Of a DNA stretch of 64,000 bases, positions 26,529-39,324 are shown piece by piece; position 1 is the stretch's first letter; each line of letters begins with the position of its first letter. The notes beneath the pieces were generated by a model. The model saw only the letters and a program-made list of their open reading frames with translations, did not search any database and was not told the DNA's origin. A program made the position numbers and the translations under genes. The DNA is from Octopus bimaculoides (Eukaryota), in NCBI RefSeq assembly GCF_001194135.2, contig NC_068992.1:6861190-6925189 (forward strand), in the 5' to 3' direction.

Positions 26529-28780
26529 GTAAAGTTTTCATTACCTTATTTATGAATTTATGTACAGGTATTTTCATTAAGAGAGCTGTTTATTAAAAGC
26601 ACAGATAAAATTGTCAAAAGGTTATTGTTATCAAAATTAAGTATTTGATTTAAAATGAATTACAAATTATCCACTTACTATAATCAAAGCTCTGGATATT
26701 CTTATCAAAATTTTTAAGTAAACTATAATTAGTTATTGTTGGTTTTATGATAACATTCTGTTGTATTTCAATCATTTCTAGAGTATGAAGGAACATCAGT
26801 CTTGATTCTGTTCTCTTATGGAATCTGTGAAAGCGATCCCTAACAAAGAAATTATGACTTTCAAATTTGTGTACATTATATTTTCTATTGAATTACACTG
26901 GCTAAAATTTAAAGTATATAACTATTAAAACATTCTCAAAGACAATAGTAAATAAGAAACTTTAAAAAATCTGTCTGTTGTATTAAATTCTATAAAACAG
27001 ATCTGACATTGAAAAAACAACACACAGTTAGGAGAACATAAATGTAAGAGAGTATGAACTGATCAGTCAGCTTTGAATATTGGGTTTGGCCAGGTTTCTT
27101 TCATCTTTTACTTGTTTCAGCCATTGTACTGTGGCAGTATTAGGGCACCACTTTGGAGGGTTTAGTTTAACAAATCGACCCCGGAACTTAGTTTCAAGTG
27201 TGGTACTTATTCTATCAGTCTCCTTTGATGGAACTGCTAAGTTATGGGAACAAAAATAAACCAACACCTGTTGTCAAGCAGTGGTGGGGACAAACACTAA
27301 AACAAGCATACACACACATACACACTCACAACAGGCTTCCACACAATCTCTGCCTACCTAAAGCTATGGAAGACGCTTGTCCAAAGTGCCCCACGGTAGG
27401 ACTGAACCTGAAACCATGGGGTTGCAAAGCCATGCCTGCAAAAAGAATGCTTTAATAAATGGGCTATGAGGCATCAAAAGCAGAAGAGTTTGCAAAAGAA
27501 ATGGGCATAGAATATTCCATAACAAAGTAATTCTCATGTCTGCATGTAAGTTGATGCCATTCATCTGAGTGGTCCATTTTTCTATGTAGTTTATGAAACC
27601 TTTGTGCTCCAATGGATAACTACAATTATTTTTACAACTGGTTATTTAAGTGAGATTTGAAAAAAAGATTAAAATTTGTCTTGTTAGTAAACATTTGTAA
27701 CACCCAGATATAATTTGTTATTGAAAAATATCTAATTAATTTTCTTGCTTTCAAACACTGCATCGACAATTCAAGTTGAGAGCTTTATTATCAAACATCA
27801 ATTTGAAAAATAATTCAATTTGAACTCAATGATATCCATAAGCAATCTGATGCAATTGCAAAATAGATTTTTCTCCTTGAAGTATCACCATATATCAGCA
27901 ATGTCATGGAATGAAGTTTCAGAAAGATTTTTGAAAATTATTTGGAGGAAAAAAATAAAAATGTGGATTATCCATAACAAGTACTAAAATTCATGTTGAC
28001 AAGGAATTAGAGCTGATTACAAATAAAATTCCTGACAGAATCGCAGATGATACCCATTATGGATATTTTGGAGATCAGTTTGTAATTTATCTTTTATCTT
28101 CTACTTGTCTAGTCATTGGACTGCAGTCATGCTGGGGCACCGGTTTAGTGGAACAAACTAATCACAGTACTTATTTCATTTTTTAAAGTCTGGTTCTATC
28201 AATCACTTTTGCTGAACTGCTAAGTTGCGGTGACTGAAACAACATATCAGTTGTTGAGCGGTAATGGAGGTATGCACACACACACACACACACACATATA
28301 TAGAGAGAGATGACAGTTTTAGTTTCTGTCTACAAAATACACTCAGGCTTTAATCAGCCTGGGGTTATAGTAGAAGACATTTTCCCAGGGTGACATGCAG
28401 TGAGATCATGGGGTTGGGAAACAAAGTCCTTACCACGTAGCTATGCCTACACCCACACCACACCTATGAAACTATATAAACAATGTTGGAAATATTAGGT
28501 TGTAACTAAATTAGAAGAGAATGAATTAAATTTTCAAGAAGTATTCTCAGAAGCTCCTTCAACTGGTACGAAAGAGTAGAAATGCTCTAAAAATACTTCT
28601 TTGTAGCATGCAACATTGATTAGTAGAATTTCAAATGCAATATAAGTATAAACAATTTATTAATGCTAAATGTGAACAGTAAACAATCAACATTGGATAA
28701 ATAAATAACTGTTAATAAAATAAGTTTTATTAAATCAAATAAATAATAATTTCAAGTGAAAAATTTATCTTTTTTGAAAG

Positions 28781-28821
28781 GAAAAGTTGTTTATAACAAT
28801 GAATATGAATTAGTTGGATCT
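28781..28821 (+). CDS. Candidate 41-nt exon (phase 1->0) GKVVYNNEYELVGS
   Basis: tttatcttttttgaaag|GAAA...TCT|gtaaaa, with an alternative in-phase donor after 28836. In phase with 26496-26528. Confidence 0.3.
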
Positions 28822-28973
28822 GTAAAAATTCCACGGGTTATATGACATTCATTTTCTCAATAAAATATAAATAGGTTATATTTAATGTATGTTTTAAGTC
28901 AGGATACTGTTTTATTTTAACATAATGCAGTTCACACTTTGTTTTGTTATTTGAATGTTAGCTAATTTTTCAG

Positions 28974-28999
28974 GAATTTTGCTTTTTGAACAACATATG
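28974..28999 (+). CDS. Candidate 26-nt exon (phase 0->2) EFCFLNNI(W)
   Basis: gctaatttttcag|GAA...TATG|gtaaaa, with a branch-like ctaat. In phase with its neighbours. Confidence 0.3.
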
Positions 29000-29148
29000 G
29001 TAAAATAAATAGCAGGTTTAATGAATTGTTTTAAGAAATATAAAATTTAATTCAACAAAGAAAAACAGCCACTGTGATAGCAAAATTAGTTAAATTGCTT
29101 AAAACATGAGTACTTATCTCTAACTGAAATTGTACTCTCCCTCCCTCC

Positions 29149-29205
<57 letters not shown>

Positions 29206-29239
29206 CACCTGCACACANNNNNNNNNNCTCCCTCCCTCC

Positions 29240-29296
<57 letters not shown>

Positions 29297-29625
29297 CACC
29301 TGCACACATGTTAGTGTTGTATTTAGAAAATTTCTCTTATAAATAAGCCTGATCTCATGGTACAAGAGATGACAAGGAAGTAGGATCTCTGGTAATATGA
29401 CGCCCTCAAAAAGCCCTGCCTTCGTGTGTGTTAATAAGGATGTGATGCAGTATCTAATGACCTAATGTAGACAAAACAGGGTACCAAAAGTTGTACTTTC
29501 TACGCTGTACTACACATATAGAAACGTATCTTTGTGACTTCTATTATATGTAACTTCATAAATTGAAACTACATTTCAGGTTATTTATTGTTGAAACTAT
29601 TATGAGATATGTGCTATTTCTATAG

Positions 29626-29669
29626 GCATAGTAGATCACTGATGAGAAGACAGGATACAAGCCCACCAG
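29626..29669 (+). CDS. Candidate 44-nt exon (phase 2->1) HSRSLMRRQDTSPP; may instead be a 5' UTR exon
   Basis: gtgctatttctatag|GCAT...CCAG|gtaaag. Only one frame is open, and it is the one required by the preceding candidate. Confidence 0.35.
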
Positions 29670-29920
29670 GTAAAGGGCTTTATTGAAGCAACTTTGACAG
29701 CTCTGAATCCAAAGAAAAATTTTCGTTGTCTATCAATAAGTTTGGCTGCTTTGAGGAGTGGGAAAATATTGATGTTTTAGGCTCTTCTTGAAATGTCAGT
29801 TTTTAACCATTCCTCATGGCATCTGAACTTTTAGATACACAACAAACTCTCCTTTGGATTTACTATTATTGCTACTGCAATGATAACCATCATACTTTAC
29901 TTTGATTCTGGATTTTCTTT

Positions 29921-29950
29921 ATGGCGTCAAACACAAAACTTCAAATAACG
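29921..29950 (+). CDS. Candidate first coding segment MASNTKLQIT, in an exon that may start at 29835
   Basis: ATGGCG start followed by ACG|gtaaag, upstream acceptor gaacttttag|29835, and a locally CpG-retaining region. Downstream exon not identified. Confidence 0.3.
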
Positions 29951-31396
29951 GTAAAGTAACCACTTAAACAAATACACATGCATAGACACACCCACACACA
30001 TGCATCCTGTGGTTACTTATTTAAAGGAACTTGGTTAGGCTACTCCGAATAAAGAAATCAAAGAATTAGTGCTGAGTCTTAAAATTCATGCTCACACACA
30101 CACACACACACACATATTTGTTTATAGGATGGCTATATCTAGAGTAAGTGGGCTGACCATTTGTAATAACCACTTAAGAAATTAAAAGAAAGATGGGACA
30201 AGGCCAGTATACTGTGTAGAGAATCCAAAAGTATTCAGCCTCACAAAACACTGCTCTGATTAGCAGACCAATGGCCATACCACATTGAAGGGTTTCTATC
30301 CCTATGTTAGCTAATGTGTTCTTTCCTTTTTCAAAAATAGTAAGAAATTGAGGGGGATTTGGTTGCTGTGAGAACCTGTATAGAGGCTTCCTTGTTGGAT
30401 TATAAAGAAGTAGGTTGTTATTGTCATTTAACTCCTTTATTTATTCTTTTATATATTTTGTTTTGTATGCCCAAGAAACAGCAACCTCAAACTCCCTCGT
30501 TCACCAAATGCTACATACAAGAAGAGGTTTAGTGAAAGTGTAGCTAAGCTAACAATAGTGCTTCAGCATGGCCATAGCTCTTGGGCTGAAACTAGTAATG
30601 TAAAGTATCCAAAGCTACATTGTCCAATGTGTCCTTCCTTTTATAATATGAGAGGAGATGATTTGAAGGCGAGTTGGCTTCTATTTCTAACAGATTGATC
30701 AACTATATTGTATTTCCAATATTAAGCTATGAAGAAGCAAGTATGTACATTAGGTGGACCTGGGTAGTGGTGTGATAAAGGTGTCAGGTGTTAAATGTAA
30801 TGTTTTATAAGTTAAAAGATACCATAATGAACCTGCAATATTTAATATAAAAACACATCATTAGCTTTTTAAATTTTTATAATATATGATTATAAAATAA
30901 TTTTTCATCCAGTTTGAAGTCAACTTTGAAGTTTTTAATTATGGTTTAATACATGTTGGTTTATGTTTTAATATTATCGATTTTATTTCTACCAACTTTC
31001 ATGACTTGTGGTGGGTCTTCTGATATCATAGTCAATCAGTGATTCTGGTTTCTGTCATCAACCCCACTGATCATCAACACATGCAAGTAAAAATAAATGT
31101 TGCCAGTGTAAACTAATTTCCTATTTAATAACTGCGCTTTTGTGTGTGTGTACAGTGTTGCAATCATAAGACTGCGGTCATGCTGGGGCACCACCTTAGA
31201 GAACTTTTAGTCAAATGAATTGACCCCCAGTACTTACTTTTTTTTAAAGCCTGGTAATTATGCAACTGGTATCTTTTGCTGAACCACTAAGTTACAGATA
31301 CATAAACACCAGTGCCGGTTATCAAGCAGTGGTGACGGACAAACACAGACACAAATACACACACACATAGATATATATATATATACACACACACAT

Positions 31397-31511
<115 letters not shown>

Positions 31512-33295
31512 GAGCAGCAGCATCCTTGCTTGAATGGGTTAGACAACAACCAGATACCCTTCTTGGTGCTGGTCAGTTGCCTTCTCTATAGCTGGACATG
31601 TTTCATGGAAGATTGGAAACAAACAACACTGCTTGTGTAACAATGAATTTCATTTACAACTGTCACATGCAGTCAAGACAAGGAGATATTAACATATGTG
31701 AATGCATGTGTGTGCACGCACACACACACATACATATCTGCAACAAGCTTCTTTCAATTCCCATCTACCAAATCCATTCACAAAGCTTTGTAGAAGACAC
31801 TTGCCCAAGCTGCAATACAGTAGAATTGAATGGAAAGTCACATAGATGGGAAGCAATCTTCTTACCAACACACTTAGTCTCGCATCAGATCAGCATTGAC
31901 TGATACACACTAATATACACACATATAAAGACAAATGCAAATGCATGTACACACACACACACACAACTGGATTTTGCACATGTTCCATCTTTTAATCACA
32001 GACATTTTGTAAAAGGGAAGTTAGATAGAAAATATTTGTCCAAAGTGTCACACATTGGAATTGAACCCAGGACCATATATCTGCAATGTACTTTTTAAGC
32101 ACAACTGTGCAGTTCAGTGTAGATATAGCTCAACATATTATATGTGACAGGCTTTCACTTTAGTGAATCCATTCTCAAGGCTTTAGATACCCTGGGCCTG
32201 TAGTAGAAGACACTTGCCCAGGATGCCACAGAGTGGGATTGAAACCAAACCATGTGGTTGGGAAGTAAACTTCCCAACATAACACCCTGCCTGTGATGAA
32301 GTTAATTGACTGCCAAATTAAGTTTTCATTTTGCTTCATCTCCCTTTTCATATATTTGTGGGTTTAACTGAAGCAAGTGAAGTCGAAATTTGCTTGTAGA
32401 TTAGAACTTTAGTAAGAAGTCAATTTTTTTAATCACTATACAATACTTTAGTTCTTTTGATATTTAATGTAATCTTCTTTCATCTGTATATTTTTCTCTC
32501 GTTTGTCTACATTTTATGCTTTGAAAACCAATGTTTTAATGTATATTAGTTGGTATTCACTATTTGCCTCTGAGTCAATATCCTGTCCTCTAATTAACGG
32601 TCTTTGTCTGTATCAACATATTCTTTGACAAAATAAACATTTGTCCTCCCAGTCTTCCTCCTTGCTTTTGTAAGTACTTGAACTAGAAATATTTTACATT
32701 GAGCATAATTAAATCATTATTCTACCTTTACAATCAGTGCTCTAAAAGTAATTTAAACAAACCATAATTATGGTAAGAAATACACAAAGCGTATTTAATG
32801 CTGACAAACATATATCTTGAGCTAGAGAACGTGAGACTATATGGTTCATTTTGGAATTTCTATTCCCCACAGCACACACACACGTGCACGTGCACACACA
32901 CACGCACACACACACATACACACACACACACACCTCATTTTTAGCTCCTGGTTTTCTTTATAGAAACCAATGAAAAATATAATAGAAAAGCAAAGAAAAG
33001 AATCTCATGCTATTAAGAAAATATTTTAGTCTACAGAAAATAAAGTTTATTTTAATACTCTACAGAATAAATTTTAGACTGGGTACATGTTTCAAAGGAA
33101 ACATTCTGCCTTGAGCTATACTTAATCTCTTCTGTTCAAATGAAATTTTATATCTATCCTTTCCATTTAATGCCTTATTTTCTTTTGCTTTCTCAATTTC
33201 TAGTTGTTCTATTTACCCCTAACATCCACACCCACTTCATTCTTTTCTATGTGCCAATCTTTTAAAAATAACATTAGTAGATAGGAAGATTGGTG

Positions 33296-33333
<38 letters not shown>

Positions 33334-36060
33334 CACACATGCAAACATATAATTTCTGGCAAATAACTAGGATATTATCAGAAAGAAGTAACAAATATGA
33401 AATAGATTTTTTTCTGGAAAACTTACTTTTCTAAAAACGCAAGCAAAACGAAAAAGAAAAATATTATTTATTTTGTTTCACTATTTTCAAATATTTTATG
33501 CAAAATTTACAAAACACATCTTGTTCCATATATAGTTGCACACACATGTATACATACATCAATTAGTATTTTAAAAATATAAGTAATGCTAAATGTTGGG
33601 GAATTTGAATAATTTTTTTCTTCAGCTTGAAAATCCCCTTACACAGCCTCGTATCTCCTTATCTTTATATTTAATTTATGCCTTTTTATTAATTGTATTA
33701 ACTGCATCATATAAATTTAACATATCTGTTGTATTTGTTTCGTTTTTCTTTTTTTTTTTTTTTTCTCTACTGTCCATATCAGTGGATAGATTAGCATTTG
33801 AACTGGCCATATCCAGCCCAAATATTTTACATGTTTTAAGTTCAAACTGGCCAGATCTGATCTCTCACACCTACCCTACAATGTCATCCTAAAAATAATG
33901 AATGACATCTTTGAAATCTCAGTAGTATGAGACAATGCATGATTAATCCAAAACAATGCGAATGAATAAACATTACATTTGACTGAGTAATCTGAATAAT
34001 GAAGGGTTAAAGCTTTACACAGTAGTTGCCGTGGGATACCTAATTTACATATAATACATTCCTTGTGTGTGTGTGCATGCTCGTGTGTGTGTAGGTAAAC
34101 ATATATGCCATGCCTCAAGCCCTTAACTTCTTGCTGGAATCATAGGAGTATCACAGTGTGTCTTGGGTATTTAGGAGTATCACAGTATACTGAACAGTGC
34201 TTGTATGTGTCTCCTTTTTCTGACATCACATAATTGTTGTAAATGGATGTCATTTGTTTCCAGTAGTCTGTCAAAACATGTCTGACAATAGGGAAATATT
34301 ACCTTCATTGGAACTAGATGAGGATTTGGTCCTTTTTACAAATATATTGTACCTAGAACAACATTCTTCAGTGTATCTTTATTTAAGGTATGAACAAGAT
34401 TTAGCTGCTAATTTTCAATGATGCTTCTTTGTTGGTTGATATAGACTCTTTTATTCAATGGCATAGCAGTGCCACCATTGGATCATAAACAGGCACAATC
34501 ATTGGCTAATTAGAATCTTTGCAATTTTTCTCACACTGAGGCTTCATTAAATCATGGGACTGCCCTAGCTGAATAGAATTCAATCACTGTTGAAGTCTTG
34601 ATCGATATGTATTGAATCTATTGCATACATATTCACACTGTAAAACAAGGAAATTCACTCCAGATTGAAACTCACATTAATATGTAAACTATATTTATAA
34701 TCTCTGAAAATTGTCTGTTTCATAAATACCATTTATTTATTTATTTTTTTCTATTTCATTCATTTGATTTGATGTCTTCTGTCATTTCCAGATGATGTAC
34801 ATATGCAGATTATCATATTTACACATTAATATTTGCTGTGCATTAGCACTTGTTCAACACTCTTTCATAGAAATTCTATAAAATTAGGTGATATATATAT
34901 ATATATATATATAACCACTATTTCCACCAGAATCATGCTTCATAAATAAAGAATAATGAATGAAAAAAAATGCTCATCCTAATTTATAAAATTGATCATG
35001 CATTATACATTTCAAATTTCTTCACCAATCACTGTTCTGTTGAGTATTCTGGAGAGATCAATACAGCTAGGGAATCATGGCATTCCTTTTGATGCCGTGG
35101 AAAACAAAAAAGAAAAAAAAAAAAGAGACGGAAAAGAAAAATGGATTTCTAAGGTTGCTATGAACTTTTAAAGAGACATAGTCTTTATCACTCTTCTTTG
35201 ATAGAAAATTTATTGAAAAAGTGATTTTTAGTGTTGTACAGTTTTGAAAGAGTTGTCTTCGTCAATAACTTTTCACATGATTATTAACATTATTCACTTG
35301 TTCGTTCTTTCATTATTTGGTTTGGAGTAACCAAGTTTTTTGTCATACTCCTGTGACCAGTTCATTGATCTCTTCCACATATAAATATGTTATTAAGGTT
35401 ATGGAAATGTTGAAACTTGTATAAATATGTTTGAACATGACGGACAAACACTAAGAGAGTATTATTTATGGATTATATTTAAAATTTTCATGATATCATA
35501 TCATTTATTGTATATTTAGCAATACAATCTTTTCATTTAAACTTATGCACATTTGTGTGATTATGTAAATATACATGAAAATAGAAGAGCAAAAGCATGG
35601 TGTCTATGTGTGTATATTATGTGTGTATGTGTGAGTAATATTAGTAAAAATATTCAAAATGTTTGGGGTTTTTTTTATGGAAATTATATAATAAACATAT
35701 ATGTATGCTTTCATTTGATTCAGGAGAGAAATTACAGGTTGACATTTTTTCATCAGTTTCACACAGAAATATACAAGAAAAAAAAAACAATTACGGATTG
35801 CAATATATTAAAATATACTTCTTGAATCACAAAATTACATTTTTGTTTCTTTTGAACTGGAAATAAAATGGAAATTTGGTCAAATTTTATACAAAAACGA
35901 GAATCATTTAAAACATAAAAGATACACAAAATTACATTGCATTTTAGGTGTATCTGGAATTATATGTGTGTGTGTGTGTGTGCATGTGTATATATAGATA
36001 GATAGATATTTTAAATATGCATCGTATGTATATGTGTGTGTATATATATATATTGTACAT

Positions 36061-36092
<32 letters not shown>

Positions 36093-36125
36093 CATATATT
36101 GTACATTGTATATATTTGTTATATA

Positions 36126-36159
<34 letters not shown>

Positions 36160-36555
36160 CATAGAATGTATAGGATGCCATGAAAAATGCACACAGTACA
36201 CTCTCTAAAGTAATTTTTATTCTTTTGCTCATTGCGCCATGCAGCTATGATCATGCTGGAGCACCATGGTCTTTGCTCATATTCATGTTTTCCAACTTGT
36301 TAAATAACTTGTTACACATATGTCATTGGCACAACAGTAACCAAAGAATAAATGATACTTGTGCCTACATTCTTCACTTGTTATATGTGCAGCAGTCACT
36401 CACAAGCAAACATGGCTGGGAAACATGTATTGTGCTTTCACTAATTACTGTACATGCTTATGCAGTTGTATCAGGCATTGATACTACTATATGCAATCAG
36501 CCAGCCATCAGGCAAAATGTGGATATTGTCATCTTTGGATATCATATCATATCAT

Positions 36556-36600
<45 letters not shown>

Positions 36601-36629
36601 TGTGTGTCTATCTATAGATATATATATGT

Positions 36630-36708
<79 letters not shown>

Positions 36709-37650
36709 CATACACATTGGTGCATGTATATTGTAACCCTTTAAGAGCCTGACCTACAAGCAATTGCAAAATGCATTAGTGAAGTTAGTTCTGTTCGTTC
36801 TTTATCTCCTTAGAGATGTCTTTGTATGAATGATTCCATTTTTAGTCTCCACTGAATTGTAATTTTTCAATGAAACAAGACACATTAATGTTGAAACTTT
36901 CTCATATTATGATATTAGATATTGATTTCTATTAAACTAATGATCATTTGGGATTTGTGAATCTGAAAGATTTCTCAAAGAATGCAAAGGGACATATAAA
37001 AAAAAACAAACCCTCTTCATTGACTGCATTGAATCAGAAAGTAAAAGAACTGTACAAATAAATACACTCTGAAATGTGAGAGAACAGTCATCAAATATTT
37101 GGACACAGCAACATTGCCGGCTTGTTTACATTCTTTGTTTTTTTAGAAGAAGAAAACCTTTTTATTTCGTCCTTTTTTTTTTCTTATTTTGTTTTGTTTT
37201 GTTTTGTTTTTGACAGCATGATCCACAGAGAAATGAATTGTTGATTCTTGATTTAATATGAATAATACTTGTGTAGGTTTAAGGGATAATCTTATTGATC
37301 ATTCATGTATCATTTGAAATTACTTAGTTCTTTTTTGTTTCTTTTGTTGTTGTTGTTGTTTTTATACATTATACATAGACATGTGGGATAAACATTACTT
37401 AATATTTAGTTTGTTTTATTTCTTGTCTTTTTTTAGTCTTTCACTTTTAAAGACAGTATTTACACCAGTTTCTGGTTCATTCATTTACTCACATATAAAA
37501 TTCAATTGTCAGATATATGTTCATAGGTGTGTTTGTGTGTAAACATATTTATGTGTGTGTGTGTGTGTATGTATGCATATATATGTATGTACGAAGATAT
37601 AAGTGTGTGTGTGTATAAGTATATATGTGTATACAAACACACACATGCAG

Positions 37651-37686
<36 letters not shown>

Positions 37687-38379
37687 AATTAGTTTTGACT
37701 CAGTACTCTATATCAAAAGGCCCATCAAAAAAAGAAAAAGAACACAGAGAGTGTGCTAAAACACATAAAATGGAAACTCCTTTAATAAAGATAAGTGAAA
37801 TTCTTTTACATCTGTTGATCATAAATTCAGTTTCAATTCCCTGAAAACCCTACACAAGGTTATGCTACTGTTTGAGGCAGACCTTTTCAGTTTCATAAAA
37901 CAGTAAAATTCAATGACTACATGAACAGAACAGTTTCTAATACTAGTTAAAAGAACATCCATCCCTTTCAAGTGCTCCAGTAATCTTTTTGTGTAAGCTG
38001 ATAAAACAAAAGATATGTTTGAATTACAGAGACAAACCTAAAACTCACTTCTCAGTAACATCATGAGTGCATATAAAAAGACTCAGCCACATTACTTACA
38101 ACATGAATAACAAAAGGTTAAGTGATTAACAACACAGTTAAACATAGCAGAGAGAGTAGAATGCTTCAACTCATGTAAACACTATCTCTTAATGAAAAAC
38201 CATGAATACAACTTCACTGGAAGCTCCAAGTACAAAACTCATCAAGCATGCAAAGAGTGAAAAAAGTATGTTTAACCAGTTTATACTCAACATGAATGCC
38301 AAAATCAGGATGGCTACTGCCTTGTAATAGATCTGTAGTTATGGCACCATTAAGTGGTTTAGCAGCATTATGAACAAGC

Positions 38380-38830
38380 ATAACTAAAAGTCAGCTCAAT
38401 ATTGTGGAATTCCACTTCTCCATAGCCTGAGACCTGCTTCTCCAAGTGCTTGATTTCAACAAAAACTATGCATCCATTTTTTAACCTGATTTCAGCATTA
38501 TACTAAAGGCCAAAAGATAAAAGCTTATTCTACAACTCTTTTTGAGTGAAGCGACATAAGAGACAAGCTCTTCAGAGTATCCATGGGCAGTTTTGATGGC
38601 ACTGAAAAAGCAGATTTTGTAAGATTGCCCCTGTGAAACATTCTTGAGAATAAATTAGCAGGTGTAGAATTTAGAATGTACTGCAATGACAGACTAGGTA
38701 TACCCAAAACAATAGTGGCCATGATAGGAAATTATGAAACTCCTTAACCAATACTCCTGGACAGTTCCAACTCAAGATCATGGTCATCACCAACTGGAAG
38801 ACAGTGAACATCCTGGATCTTACTCTGGCT
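38380..38830 (+). mobile_element. Penelope-like RT relic
   Basis: Ordered motifs NIVEFHFSI (FDIxEFYPSI), SMGSFDGTE (TMGSFDGAE), RMYCNDRLG (LYRDDGL) and TNWKTVNILDLTL (TNLKxVNFLDVTL). Confidence 0.7.
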
Positions 38831-39279
38831 TCATCTTTACTTTCTGAGCTCAAATTCCACTGAGGTCAACTTTGCCGTTCATCCTTTTTGGGTTGATGAA
38901 ATAGGTACCAGTTGAGCATTGGGGTCAATGTAATCGATTGCTCCTTCGCCTCAAATTGCTGGACTTATGCCCAAATATGAAGGATGATTTATTATTATTG
39001 TCATCAGTTCTTTGCTATTATCAATCTCTGTCCCTTTTATTGTCATCATCCTCATTTCTATCACCATTATTATTACTCATTCCCATCATTAACTCATTTT
39101 TCAAATCCAGGTCAAATTTCTGAACCTGAATTTAGACTGCTAATCAACAGCAGTTAAGACTAAACCCCCAAAGCCTTTCTAATTAACATCCTACAATTAA
39201 TGTTTTTAATCTATTTATTTTCCATTTTATTGATTCACCACAACTCATCTACATTCAATTTAATCTATTTATTTATTCA

Positions 39280-39324
<45 letters not shown>

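Noticed and set aside
36180-36617. 145-aa ORF, the longest without Ns
   Set aside because: It includes a SINE fragment and ends in (TA)n, with no splice or domain support. Probably decayed repeat.
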